NCBI RefSeq assembly: GCF_009914755.1
Contig: NC_060931.1
Length of the DNA stretch: 64,000 nucleotides
Reading direction: 5' to 3' (one strand)
Origin: the human T2T-CHM13v2.0 reference genome, Homo sapiens
The notes below the pieces were generated by a model. That model was not told where the DNA came from. It worked only from the letters and a program-made list of their open reading frames with translations, and did no database searches. Positions 29,783 through 43,879 of the stretch are shown piece after piece (position 1 is the stretch's first letter; each line of letters starts with the position of its first letter). The translations under genes and the position numbers were made by a program.

Positions 29783-29973
29783 TAGTGATTCTCAAGCTTA
29801 AGCATGCATTGAAATTTCCCAGAGGGCTTATTAAAACACAGACTGCTGGCTTAAACCCCAGGTTCCCACTCAGTAGGTTTAGGATGGGGCTCAAGAATTT
29901 GCATATCTAGTGACTTTCCAGCTGATGCTGATGCCATGCCTCTTGTCCCCAAACTGCGCTTTGAGAACCATTG
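29783..29973. mobile_element. MER5A
   Basis: tagtgattctcaa...tcagtaggtttaggatggggctcaagaatttgcat...tttgagaaccattg. Confidence 0.85.
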
Positions 29974-30559
29974 TCTTTTACTACCCCTAAGCTGATGCCT
30001 TTTCTTTTTCATATAAAAAGCACCTGCTTTTATCATTATGTAGCTCAGGTGCATTCTCTTTTCAATACATTTCTTCCATATTCCATTTATTTGTCTGATA
30101 GGAAAGGCTATTTCTTTACCTCTCAAAATACCCTGTCTTTGTGTGTGAAAAGACTAAATTTCAAGTAATGTCACCAAGGAGATAGTTTTATTAGGGAATA
30201 AACACCTTTTAGTGGTACTTCCCAAAACTTGACTTCTAGTCCTATATTGTTCACTCTGTATTCTTTATGACATAAATGTGTCTTCATTTTCTCAACTTTT
30301 CTGACTCTTCCTATAAGTGATTCTGAACATCAAAGGTATTTTTCTAAGTTTCTTCTTGAACTCTCTGAAATTTTAAAATTCATTTTTTTCTTACATTTGT
30401 GTATTTCAATGATTGTTTTGCTAACATAAATTACTATGTTTCTTAAGTTTTATTTGCCCTTGTTAAACATAATTTAAATCTATAAAAACAAAAAGGAACA
30501 AAAAAGGAAAAGTAATATCAAGCATCAGATAAAAGATGTGCCAAAGTAGGATATGTTGG

Positions 30560-30611
30560 ATATAAACTTCACTTAAGTATCCAGTATATAAACTTCACTT
30601 AAGTATCCAGT
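30560..30611. repeat. Perfect 26-bp tandem duplication
   Basis: atataaacttcacttaagtatccagt twice (30560-30585 and 30586-30611). Confidence 0.95.
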
Positions 30612-31544
30612 AAGTGTTTTTTCTTGTTTCTTTTTGGTGTTGTTTGTAACTGTTTTTGAGAAAGCAGTGTCTAAAAGCAAAAGTAAATTTCCTTTTGTCA
30701 AACTTTAAAAATTAGAAACTCATTAACTGACCAGTAATGAAAATAAAGGATCTGTTCATTAATGACCAAATTCATGTTTAAGGACACAATTTTGTATGAG
30801 TAGCTTCAAATAATCTTTACCCCAGTCTTCCTACTATTCAATCATGAAAGAGTGATAGTATGTTTAGTAATCATTTGACCAAGTCATACATCATTAAATA
30901 TGTCCTTTTCTTAGAATTAACACCCTCTATACTTTAATTTCCTTTCCTTTCATTCTTTCTCCAATATTTAGAGACCTCATCAGAGTTCACAATATGTCCC
31001 CACCCTACTTCAGTCCCCTGGATGATTAACCACCACTAAGTCTGAAGTTTCTAAATTGTTACTTTTCTTCTTTTTGGCATGTGTTGGGGGAGAGGTAAAA
31101 TTTTTACAATTCAGAGAAAGACAATATATTTTAAGATTGGAACTGATAAAGATCAAGCATTTCTTTTGATTCTGGCTTTCATTTAAATCATTTGCATTCC
31201 AATTATTTGTTAGCTTTCTAAATGGTCTCTTCAGCATCAAGCTAAGATATGATTGGATGTATCTGTGGCTTTTATAAACTCTGTACTATTGAGGGTCATC
31301 CAAGTTTTAGAAACATTGTAATGTATGTGGCTATTTTGACAAATCAACATCCTTCTTATTGAATCAGTTTAATATATCTGTTTTTGCTCACATTAGAACG
31401 CTAATTATGTAAACACAACTTACCCACCAGCTCTGCCACAAGGGCCTGAGTGCATGGCAAAAACAAAAAAAAACAAAAAAAAACATTTCACCAGAAGACC
31501 ACATTTTGTATGTTATTCAATAAGATACATGGATTGGGTGTGGC

Positions 31545-31750
31545 ATCAGAAGATTTGAATCTATGTGCTAGCTTTATCGCTTATTACCACAATGACACTG
31601 AGCAAGCCACTTAAGTTCTCGGAAAATTGCTATGATGTATAAAATGGACATAATTTATACTTGCCCCAACCTATTTCCCTGGATTGTTATTAAGAATAAA
31701 ATGATAATGGATGCAAAAGACTTTCGCAAGTTATGAAGTATTATACAGAT
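31545..31750 (+). mobile_element. MIR
   Basis: tgacactgagcaagccacttaag...tgtataaaatggacataat...aaatgataatggatgcaaaa. Confidence 0.65.
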
Positions 31751-33028
31751 GAGACATATATTATATTTACTTATATATTAGACATACTGATACATTTTAA
31801 ATGATTCCAGTTCATCCTTTTTTTGAATTTCAGTTAAATACACATTCTAACATCTCACTCAGGAAAAAAGGCTATTGTTTTCTTTGATAATAAACTGAAA
31901 TATTTAACTAAAATTGTATGAGCCTGTATTGTAAAAACAACTCATGATGCTCTTCTCCCTGCCAGTTCCCAAAGGATATTTATCTTAGAATTTTAAGAGG
32001 TAAAATTATTTTGGTTCTTCTTCTCTTTGGAGTAATGCTGTTTTTCTCATTCCTTTTAAAGTTAAGAATCATGTAGCATTAAAAAATATATACAGTAGGC
32101 TATGGCATTTTCCTAGTTGCTACAAGAAATAAATGTAGGAGAAAGTTCTTTAATGTAAAAATTCCTAACTGTTAACAGATCGTGAAAATCAGCAACAACT
32201 GTTGTGCTGAGGATCATGATCTACAAGTAGAGGGCAGATAATTCCACTGAGATGAAAAGAGTGCGTCTGGTGTTTGAGCTGTGGCCACATTTGACTTTCA
32301 TGTCCTTTTGGGACACAACACACTTTGTGGAAGAAGAAAGTTAATGCAGCTGCCTTCGCTAATCATTCAGTGTGACCCAGCCCCTCAGGGAGGAAGGTAA
32401 AAACAGCTACACTCTGAGACCCACCAACCTTGCTGATTAACAGCAAATGCTGGTAAAGTGACCCTCTAAGTCTGTCTAGCCCATCAGGCCTAGAAATGTA
32501 ATTTAGATGATTATCTCTATGCCCATTAAACCTTGTGACCTATTGCAGTCCGTTTGAAGTTGGTCTGCTTACACTTGTTAATAGGAAAAAAAGAAGGATT
32601 AACTCAGAGGTCATGAAATCAGAGTGCAGCCAAGATGATGGCAACAGAGCATAGGAAACCTTCCTTGGCCCCTGTAGAAGTGAGGAAGAACCCTGAGAAT
32701 AAGGGGCTGCCAACAGAATTCATTTCTTTATGGAAAAAAGAGTTCTTTGGAATGCAACCAAGATTGAATCCTTCACCCTCCACTAGTTCTGGAGAGTTTT
32801 GTTTAATTTATAAGCATCGTATTCTAACAAGGTGAGCAGTCATGTTTAAGATCATGGGATTTATGAAAAGGATCACAGCATAAAGTCTGCTTGAGAAACT
32901 TAATGAAGAGAATAGATGCATTGTCTGCATTCTATAACAATTTGAAACAGACACCATAACATATTTGAGATCTGATATAAAAGTTAAATCATTTTGTGTA
33001 AGCTGTAAGGTCTGAAGAAAACTACTAG

Positions 33029-33362
<334 letters not shown>

Positions 33363-33764
33363 CAAAAGTCTATTGCTTTTAAACTCGAAAGAGCTGAGCT
33401 TAGTTCCTGAGGTCCTTGTTGGGCGCAGCTTCTCTATGTATGCAGAGCAGTTCATTACTGGCTTACATTCTGAACGCTATCATAGCGGGAGGCTCTCTTA
33501 CTGGTCAGAGGTTTAATATGCTGAGAATGTTGCTCAAGTAAAAGCTCCTATCAGCTGACCTCTTTACTCACTGGATATTTAAACTTTCTCTTTCACTTTA
33601 AGAAAACCTGAAATAATTTTTAAAACTTACAATTCTTAAAAAGTGACTGACAAGGTCTTAATATTTTAAAAGTAGTCTTCTCTATCTAAAGAATCAAGAC
33701 TTTGTATTCTCTTAAATATCACTTTTAACATATAATTTTATTTACTAAAACATGGTTCTGCATA

Positions 33765-34179
33765 ATTTTAATTTTTAAAAATTTTTAAATTGTTGTGGGT
33801 ATGTAGTAGGTGTATATGGGGTACATGAGATGTTTTGATGCAGGCATGGAATATGTAATGATCACATCATGGAGAATGGGATATCCAACCCTTCAAGCAT
33901 TTAACTTTTGAGTTACAAAAAATCCAATTACGCTCTTTAAGTTATTTTAAAATGTACAATTAAATTATTATTGACAATAGCCTATTGTGATATCAAATAC
34001 TAGGTCTTATTCATTCTATTTTTTTGTATCCATTAACCATCCCCCACCTCTCCTCCAGCGCTCCACTACCCTTTTCAGCCTTTGGTAACCAACCTTCTAC
34101 TCTCTGTGTCTATGAGTTCAATTGTTTTGATTTTTAGATCCCACAAATAAGTGAAAACATGGGATGTTTGTCTTCCTGT
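33765..34179 (-). mobile_element. L1MA (MA1/2-like) 3' end
   Basis: ggggtacatgagatgttttgat...ttagatcccacaaataagtga. Confidence 0.85.
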
Positions 34180-36096
34180 AAAATTTCTTAGAAACAAGAC
34201 TATTTATAAAGGTAGACACTTCAGTATGGCAAACTCTGCAAATGTTTCAGAGTTATAGGAAAAGGAAAAATCAAACAAGTTTAGAACCTCAATGAAGACT
34301 TTACTGTATACATTTATAATGGCTGATAACAGGAACCTAATATTCAAATACAACATAAATATGTGTATGTGCTTATAAAATATTCTAATGAAACAAATGC
34401 AATATTACAAGCTATTTAAAAATCTGAAATGCTATTGATAGGAGTTCAGAATGCATGTATAAATGAATATGTATACAAGTTTCAACATTAAATAGGTTCC
34501 GAGTCACTGTATTTTATAAAGACATCAAATTAACAAGCTGCCTATAGCTTTTAGAGATAAGTTAAATTAGCTAAAATTACATTCATAAGACTATTAAAAT
34601 GATTGGATGAAAAACTAAGTTCTATAAAGAAGGTAATTGGGAAAATTAGGAAAAAGCAACTTTATTGAATATGAAATTTTTGATCCTATTTCCCGTTTTA
34701 AAAATGTATTTTTGTTTTCAATGGAATTTTCTGTTTTATATTAAGAATAGGATGGCATTGAATTAGATTTAGTTTTATTGGGAAGCAACAGATAATCCAT
34801 GCTTTTTTGTTTCCATTAAGTTCTGATAATGATTAAAATATCATTTGATCATCTGATAATGATCAAAATATCATTTTGTTGAAATTTTTTACTGAAGAAT
34901 ATCATCAAATTTTGGTATGCCACTGAGAATACTAATGGCTAAACTTTTAAATTTGCCACTCGTGTATCCCAGTGCCTGATGTAATAAACATGCAATAAAT
35001 ATTTGTTGAATGAATGGATGATCTTATTGATCTGTGGCTAGTGAGTTCAGAGAGAAAAAGTGGCAACTAAAGTGATTCTTTTCACTCTAAATTCAGGATA
35101 ATAGTGCTGAAATGTGATTTCCTCCAGGGACTGATAAAATAATTTTGAGTTAATCTCTAAGGTACATTCAAATATTTTTTACGTTGAAGGAACTGTGTTT
35201 GGATTTTTTTTTCTTTAGCATGGATGGCTCCAATAATGCAAATGGTTTAATCGATGTCTGTGGGAGGAAATCACTTCTTCCTTTGATCCCCACCTTACAC
35301 TTAACACTTCCTTACACCTTACACTTCCCTATTTTACATGGACTACACCTTAGTGACACTTGCTTACATGCATATCTCCCCTAGATTTTTCTTCCTTGTC
35401 TTGCCATGCCTGCCACCTCACAAAGCACGTGGTATAAGGTCGATAGCCAGTGAGTGTTTGTGGAGTATGTGAATGATGAAGAGTGAGTCCATATATAAGA
35501 AATCTGTCTAGTTTTTGCAGCAGCTAACTCACTGCATCTCTCTTCAGATGCTCTATGCTCAGTGGCATCAGACACATCATCAGGACATACTGGAATTTGT
35601 GACCTTTTTCCTGTGGCTTTAAGCAGGTTGCCTGTACCTCTCTGAGCCTTGGTTTAATCATTTTTATGGAGTAGCTGAATTTTTCTGGCCCTTCTCACCC
35701 TGGGCCTCATTCTGCTTGGCAAAAGGTCTTTTGTGCTTCTCTGTATAAATTTAGGGTCTTTTGATTCACTACAAATTTTACTTGTTAACTTAATAAATAT
35801 AATTAAATGAACTTACTAGTAATAGACAGAAAATGCTTAACACAAGGCCTGATGAATAATAAGTACTCAGTAAAAGTTAACACTTACTGTTATTATTATT
35901 AGTACATACCAGCTACAGTGCTGATTAAAATAGATATCTTCCGTCTTCTCATGGAGCTCACAGTCTAGTGGGTAAAACAAATGTTCAATAGATTATACAA
36001 ATAATAAATTAGTTGTAATTGGTATAAATGCAATGATGGAGAAGATCAAAGTTTAATAAGAAATGAGTTTCTATCCTTTATTAAAATTCAAAAGGA

Positions 36097-36436
<340 letters not shown>

Positions 36437-37929
36437 CTACTAGTTTTGCCTACCAAGGAGGTTTTCTGTCATCATTAAATGATTTGTAAAGTGATTGTTA
36501 AATAATTTCTAATTTACTCAGTAAAAATGCCCCTGCTACCATTTAAATTTAGAATGTCTCTATGCCAAAACATTAAAATTACTCAAACTTAAATTCCTGC
36601 CTTTAATACGCCTTTACATATTTTCCAAAGACTGAGTTTGTTTAATAGAAGGAATACTTTACAATATCAAATGAAAAATGTAATGTCTAGAGTTAGAGGA
36701 ATCCATAAACACTTATTGTCCAATTAGCTAGTAAATTTTCCCTGATTAAAAATAGCTGTATCTTCATTGGCAGCATACCATTTTCCCAATTCTGCTTTTA
36801 TTCATATGATTGCAAATGTCACTAGAAGAATGCATTTTAAAAATATACAGTGCTGTTATATCCATATACCAGCCCCAACATCTCCTGAGCCTGTTCCCCC
36901 AGTGGTTTCTCTGGAACCTAAACATGTTATTAAACATAATATATTATAGCCTAGTTGAATCATCTTTGTAAGTCTCATTCATAAAGTAATGTTATGAAAA
37001 TATTTGAAAAACCCTGAATATTTTCTTTCCCAGACTTTTCCTAATTTCCTGTAAACACATCCTGTGTATTCCTACCACAATAGATAAATGGGTATTTCTT
37101 ACTGTTTTGAAATCTAACAATGCCTAGGAATTGGATATCTTGATTTAACCTTTCCTAAATTAAAATGAATTCATTATAAAATCAGTGAATATGCAACTAT
37201 TAAATTGATTTCAAATGGGCAATAATGTATTTTCAACTATGACTTTGGAATCTGGAACCAGAAAGTCTTGGTTTGAATTCCTTTCTCTTTTAAAAATCTA
37301 TTTATTTGAACCCTACTCTGAATAGGAAGGCGCTGAGGTGGCTTTCAATGACAGCTATATAAAAAAATAGATTGGTGAAATGGAGCTGGAAGGCAGGAAA
37401 GGTAAAACAACTTGTGAAGGTCAAACAGCTTGTGGTCACTCACAGATCACATCCCCTGGTAAGTCCCAGTTCTCTCTGTACACTGTTGAGGGTCATTAGG
37501 TCTACCCCGGGAAAGGTTGTGCTGGATAGGTAGTAATCGGTATCTTATAGCTTGAATGCTTGGAGAGACATATATTTATAGTATTACAGATAAATGATGA
37601 TTTTTCTATAAAACTAGTGCTTAGTTTACAATGCGAAGCAGATTTGAAATCCAAGAGTATTTTTCTATCTCACAGTTTCATTAACCCTGTCCTGACTGAA
37701 ATACTCTTGTTTTTTTTTTTTTATTTTGATGTGGAACAACTAGAGATATTTTTCATCCTTTAATATAGTTAATAAACTTCACATGACACTTAAAGATTAT
37801 AGATTGCTGCTTTCTTCTAGAAAGGTAAACCAATTTAAATAAAATATGTTTAAAAACTTTATATGTTTTCATTCAGAATTTTGATTTATGTGTCTGCCCT
37901 TATAAAACATAAGGAAGACCTGACATAAG

Positions 37930-37988
37930 TGGATGGATGAATGAATGGAGGAATGGTTGGGTGGGTGGGTGGTTGGATGGATGGATAC

Positions 37989-38046
<58 letters not shown>
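37930..38046. repeat. Compound STR: (TGGA/TGAA/TGGG)n followed by (AGAT)14
   Basis: Pure AGAT run at 37991-38046. Confidence 0.95.
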
Positions 38047-38598
38047 GTATTAGTTAAAACTCTTGTATATTTTAGGACTTTAATATTACATGTCTAATTC
38101 TGCTAAAAAAGTCAGTTCCCAACTGGGATATAAATTAAGGAAACCTAGAGTAAATGCATATGATCGATTGCTCAATGTAAGGACAGAGCCAACTGGTTAT
38201 GAAGAAGGCTTAGAAGAATAAGACAGATTTTGTATTGACAGCTTACAGATGTCCAGTGATTAATAGCTTCAAAGTTTATACTGAATGAAAGATTCTGAAG
38301 AACACATATCTACTGCCCTATGATAGTCATCTTTGTGTGTATACATATTTGAATTTCTATCTAGAAGTCAACATCCTTAAAGGCAGAGACCATTTTTGTT
38401 GGGCAGCTGACAGGGGGTTGGTATCTTATCATTTGGCTCAATGAACTGGCAGTTCTTCAGTAGTTCTTGTAACTAAATTATAATTGTAACAAAATAATAC
38501 AAAATAATTTTAAGAAAATAATAGTGTTTACATCTCCATACTCATTTACTTTCACTACCCTGTGAAACAGGTACTCCTATTAATATCCCCACTTTATT

Positions 38599-40709
38599 TT
38601 TTTTAACTTTTAGGTTCATGGTTACATGTGCAGGTTTGTTACATAGGTAAATTTGTGTCACAGGGATTTGTTATACAGATTATTTCCTTACCCAGGTACT
38701 AAGCCTTTGTACCCGATAGTTATCTTTTCTGCTCTTTTCCTGTCTACCACCCTTCACCTTCAAGTAGGTCCCAGTATCTATTGTTCCTCTCTTTGTGTCC
38801 ATGAGTTCTCATCATTTAGCTCCCACTTATAAGTGAGAAGATGTGGTATTTGGTTTTTTGTTCCTGCATTGGGAACAGCTCCATGCATGTTCCTACAAAA
38901 GATATGATCTCATTCTTTTTATGGCTGAATAGTATTCCATGGTGTATATATACTACATTTTCTTCAGTCTGTCACTGATTGGCATTTAAGTGGACTCCAT
39001 GTCATTGCTGTTGTGAATAGTGCTGTAATGAACATTCACATGCACGTGTCTTTATGGTAGAATGATGTATATTCTTCCAGGTATATACCCAAAAATGATA
39101 TTGCTGGGTCAAATTTCAGTTCTGTTTTTAGCTCTTTGAGGAATTGCCTGACTGCTTTCCATAATGATTGAATTGATATACACCCCCACCAACAGTTTAT
39201 AAATGTTCCTTTTTTGCCGCAACATCACCAGCATGTGTTATTCCTCAGCATTTTAATAATAACCATTCTGACTGGTGTGAGATAGTATCTCATTGTGGTT
39301 TTGATTTGCATTTCTCTAATGATCAGTGATATTGAGCTTTTGTTCATTTGATTGTTGGCTTGTCTTCTTTTGAAAAGTGTGTATTAAAGTCTTTTGCCCA
39401 CTTTTTAATGGGGTGATTTGTTTTTCCTTGTAAATTTAAGTTCCTTATAGATGCTGGATATTAGACCTTTGTCAGATGCATGGTTTGCAAATATTTTCTT
39501 CCATTCTGTGAGGTGTCTGTTTACTCTGTTGATAGTTTTGTTTGCAGTGCAGAAGCTCTTAAATTTAATTAGATCCCATTTGTCAATTTTTGCTTTTGTT
39601 GCAATTACTTTTGGCATCTTCGTCATAAAATAATTGCTCATTCCTATGCCTAGAATGGTATTGCTTAGTTTGTCTTCCAGCGTTATAATAGTTTTGGGTT
39701 TTACATTTAAGTCTTTAATCCATCTTGAGTTGATTTTTGTATATGGTGTAAGGAAGGGGTCCAATTTCAATCTTCTGAATATGGGTAGCAGTTATCCTTG
39801 CACCATTTATTGAATAGATAATCCTTTCCCCATTGCTTTTTTTTTTTGTCAGCTTTGTGGAATATCAGATAGTTGTAGGTGTGCAGTCCTATTTCTGGGC
39901 TCTATATTCTGTTCCTTTGGTCTATGTGTCTGTCTTTGTACCAGTACCATGTTGTTTTGGTTACTGTAATCCTGTAATATAGTTTGAAGTCAGGTAACAT
40001 GATGTCTCCAGCTTTTTTCATTTTGCTTAGAATTACCTTGGTTATTCGGGCTTTTTTGGTTGTTCCATATGAATTTTAAAATAGTTTTTTCTAGTTCTAT
40101 GAAGAATATCATTGGTAGTTTGATAGCAGCGGCATGGAGTCTGGAAACCTCTTTGGACAGTATGGTCATTTTAACAATATTTATTCTTCTGATCCATGAA
40201 CAGGATATGTTTTTCCATTTGTTTGTGTCATTTCTGATCTATTTGAGCAGTGTTTTGTGATTCTCATTGTAGAGATCATTCACCTCCCTGGTTAGCTGTA
40301 TTCCTGGGTAATTTATTCGGTGAAAATTGTGAATGCGATTGTGCTCCTGATTTGGCCCTCAGTTTGGCTGTAGTTGGTGTAGAGAAATGCTAGTGATTCT
40401 TGTACATTGATTTTGTATCCCAAGACTTTGTTGAAGTTGTTTATCAGCTAAAGGAGCTTTTGGGCTACGACCGTGGGGTTTTCTAGATATAGAATCATGT
40501 TGTCAGCAAACAGGGATTATTTGACTTCCTCTGTTCCTATTTGGATGGCCTTTCTTTCTCTTGCCTGATTGCTCTAGCTAGGACTTCCAATACTAGGTTG
40601 AATAGAAGTAGTGAGAGGGCATCCTTGTCTTGTGACAGTTTTCAAGGGGAATGCTTCCAGCTTTTCCCCATTCAATATGATGTTGGCTGTGGATCTGTCA
40701 TAGATGGCT
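38599..40709 (-). mobile_element. Older L1PA (about PA13-16) 3' portion
   Basis: T tail, antisense 3'UTR and an ORF2 remnant (ORF 39405-39770, [22 protein letters not shown]). Confidence 0.92.
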
Positions 40710-40811
40710 ATCTCAAGAGATGCAGAAAAACTTTCAATAAAATTCAACTTCCCTTCATGTTATAAACTGTCAATAAACTAGATATTGAAGGAACATACTT
40801 CAAAATTATAA
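40710..40811 (+). mobile_element. Inverted 5' segment of the same L1PA insertion
   Basis: atctcaagagatgcagaaaaa...ggaacatacttcaaaattataa is sense ORF2 (ISxDAEK region). Confidence 0.85.
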
Positions 40812-40812
40812 A

Positions 40813-40950
40813 ATTCCCATTTTATTGTGACAGAAACTGAGGCAGAGAGCATTTAAGTGTCTCATTACACAGGATAGTGGATGGATTGGCTTTCAAATGT
40901 AGGTAGTTTGGTTCCAGAATCTTATACTCAAAGCCAGTCTTCTATTCTAC
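40813..40950 (-). mobile_element. MIR (other part at ~38525-38598, split by the L1PA)
   Basis: cccattttattgtgacagaaactgaggcagagag continues the MIR seen before the L1. Confidence 0.7.
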
Positions 40951-43879
40951 CTTAGCTAAAAAGCATCAATGTTATTACTGAAATAACACTTATTTCTTGA
41001 ATTCAAATGGGAATATTTCAAGGAAGTTCCAAAATTGGAGATGAATTATATTTAAAACAAAGGTCAAATTTTTAAGTTAAAATAAACTTTGAATTAACAG
41101 CTACCACATTTTGGAACTTTTCAATACAACAAGACTGTTGACCCACTGTAAGAAAGAGCGATAGAGGAAGACTGATGCCAGCACCAGAGTGAGCCAGTGA
41201 AGGACAAGAGAAGCTCCGCAGCAGTTTTCTATAACAAATAGATTTGTCAGGCAAGGCAGCTGGACCAAGGGATATGGTTCATCTTTTTTTCAGAGAAACA
41301 GTGGCAGCAGGGGTCCAAGAAGCAGCAAATTAACTTGAGGTGAGTGCCCTCCTATAACGGACAGTCTAGAATGTATACCGCTTGGTGATTTAGTATGACA
41401 AGTAGGTGTAAATTACTTGAGGAATTAGTCTAATACTAGCAGGACTCTGGCCATAGGGATAGGGTTAAATAAATAACTCGAGAGTTTTATGTGCTAAAAA
41501 CAATAGACAAACAATATCCCTCCATCCTCCCCGCTGGAAAAAAAAAAAAAAAAAAAAAACCACCTCTGGAAATAACTTGAATTGCATAGTTAGTTAAATA
41601 ACTAATAGTAATAAGCCTCCTATAATTGAAATCAGGGAATATCCATAAATAAATCACAAAGTTGCAACATTAATAGGAGCCCTTACTATTTCTTTCTCAC
41701 TATTTCCTTTCATTTTCTCTGATTTCTTTTTTTTTTAAACATGTTTTACAGGGAATCAATAGCTTTTAAAATATCACCTTTGTAATACTGAAAAAAAACA
41801 CAGTTGGAATATTACATTTAGTTTTGGTTTGCACATTACTAAATACATATAAGCCAACTGGATGGAGTTCAGAGAATAACAAGAAAAATTAAGAGGATGA
41901 AAGGATTGATTTATTAGTCATGATTAAAGGAGTCAAATATGTCCACAGGGAAAGGTGAACGTCATGACAATAGCTCAAAAATATCTGAAAGGTGTAAACT
42001 CCCCTGAAGAGGACCATTTTTAAATTTTTATAACAGCAATTATATCTTGCCAAACAGATTTGGTTTAGAAAGAAAATTGCTACTTTATGCATTTATAGAG
42101 GCAGTGGAAAGAGCTGCGCTAATATAACTTGTTGTATGCCTTCTCCTATTTTGAAAAGGACCAAGGCAATCTGAAGTAAAATACAGGTTATTTATATTCT
42201 TTCTATCACAGAGATTTCTGCCATCCTTGGAAAGGAAGCATCTGTGATAATAGTGACTAGAAGTACTCCAAAGTATAGAATTGTTGATAGCTTTAAAGTA
42301 AATCTGTCATGTTCTGACTTGTAGCTACTTAATTTGACTGCCTAGGAAGTAAGAGAACTCTGGCAAAAAGAGACTTGCTTCAAAGCAGCAAAGAATGGCA
42401 GTAGCGTACATTTTGGTATTTTGTTTGGTCTGTTGGTTTCTATGCATTCTCATTCCCAGAAGGTACCACTGAGATTTAGATGCATTGAGACTACATTCTT
42501 TTCTCGCCATTTCTTGTCTAGTAGTGTGCTTTCCTTGTGAGAGAGATGCAGGTTCCTTTCCTGTCTCTGTCACTTGCTAGCTTTTTGACATGAGAATAAT
42601 AACATCTTACCTCCCTAACTTCAAGGATTCAATGATATGTGTGTGTGTTCGTGTGTGCAGTTGTCGAGCTCATAGAAAGTGCTTAGTTGATATTAGTTCT
42701 GTCTCCTTGCCTACTCACCATGTTTCTCTATCCGACTTTACAAGCTGTATTTAAGTCAATTTTGTACAAGTTCCTGATGTTGCCAATTTTTTATATTTTT
42801 CTAAAAAAGCAGAAAATGTGGATTTTATGTGAAAATTCTCAATTAAAAAACACTTTTTAAAAAGGTTTAAGCCAAGCCAAAGAAATGCATATATTGTGTA
42901 CAAGCCAAACAAAATGCATATATTGCCCATATATTTACCTAAAATAATTCTTTCCATAAAGAGTTACACACATATAACAGTGCAACGGCTAGTTCCTTCC
43001 AAAGAGCAGTGAGGAGAAAGTGCTGTACTGCAGCTTGGCAATAATCCTTTCTGAAGTGGTCTTTAAGTTCTGCTACTATAATGTCATGACATGACATTTT
43101 GTAATAAGCTATGCTTCTTTCCCCCTTTTTCCTTCTGCCCCTACCTTCCTTCCATGCAGGAAGCATCTGCTGTGTTCTATTCTTATGACCAGGGGGTAAA
43201 GTTGTTATAGCATGAATGCAAGTAAGAAAATAAAGTCCATTAGATAATCTGGATTCTTCCCTACAGGAAAGGATTCTAGGATTTAATCCCTTATTGTCAT
43301 CCCCAAGATATTACAGTTCTCTGAATTGGAGAACAGAAAGAAAAAGCAATGGGGAAGTAAAGGAGGTAGGTGCTAGGAAGTATTCACGAGGAGGGGCTCT
43401 TGAATCCAGATCTTTTTGTCAGAAGAACCACAAAGAGATTGAGGACCTAGTAGCAGAGAGGACCTCACCCTCACTTTTTGGCATGCAGCCTCTGAGGAGG
43501 GGGCAATGAACCACCAACTGGTGAAAAGAGGAGAAATGACAGTAAGGAATATTGGGAAAACAGCATCGGAGACAACACCACTGAATGAAAAAGCATCTAA
43601 AAGTTGCCCATCCTGACTTCCTTGAGGAATGGGTATTTAACTAGAAATTAAATTTCTTTTCAGAGAAAGAAAGTTACATTTTACACACCAAGTTTGTGGT
43701 CTTTGAAACTTGCACCTATTATACACATGCGTATTTTTGTTGTTGTTCTTGTTGTTGTTATGGTGAAGGGCATTAACTCTGTGCTGTAATGTAGAGGTAA
43801 ACAGGGAATGGGGGACAGCTTGATGAGAAAGATCCACTTCAAGTACAATTGACGATGAATCATATGAATCTTAAACGTG

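Noticed and set aside
25544-30611. Short direct repeats as a CRISPR-like array
   Set aside because: No spacers, only 2-3 units, and a eukaryotic context.
41538-41559. Poly-A run as a processed pseudogene tail
   Set aside because: No upstream recognisable transcript and no TSD.
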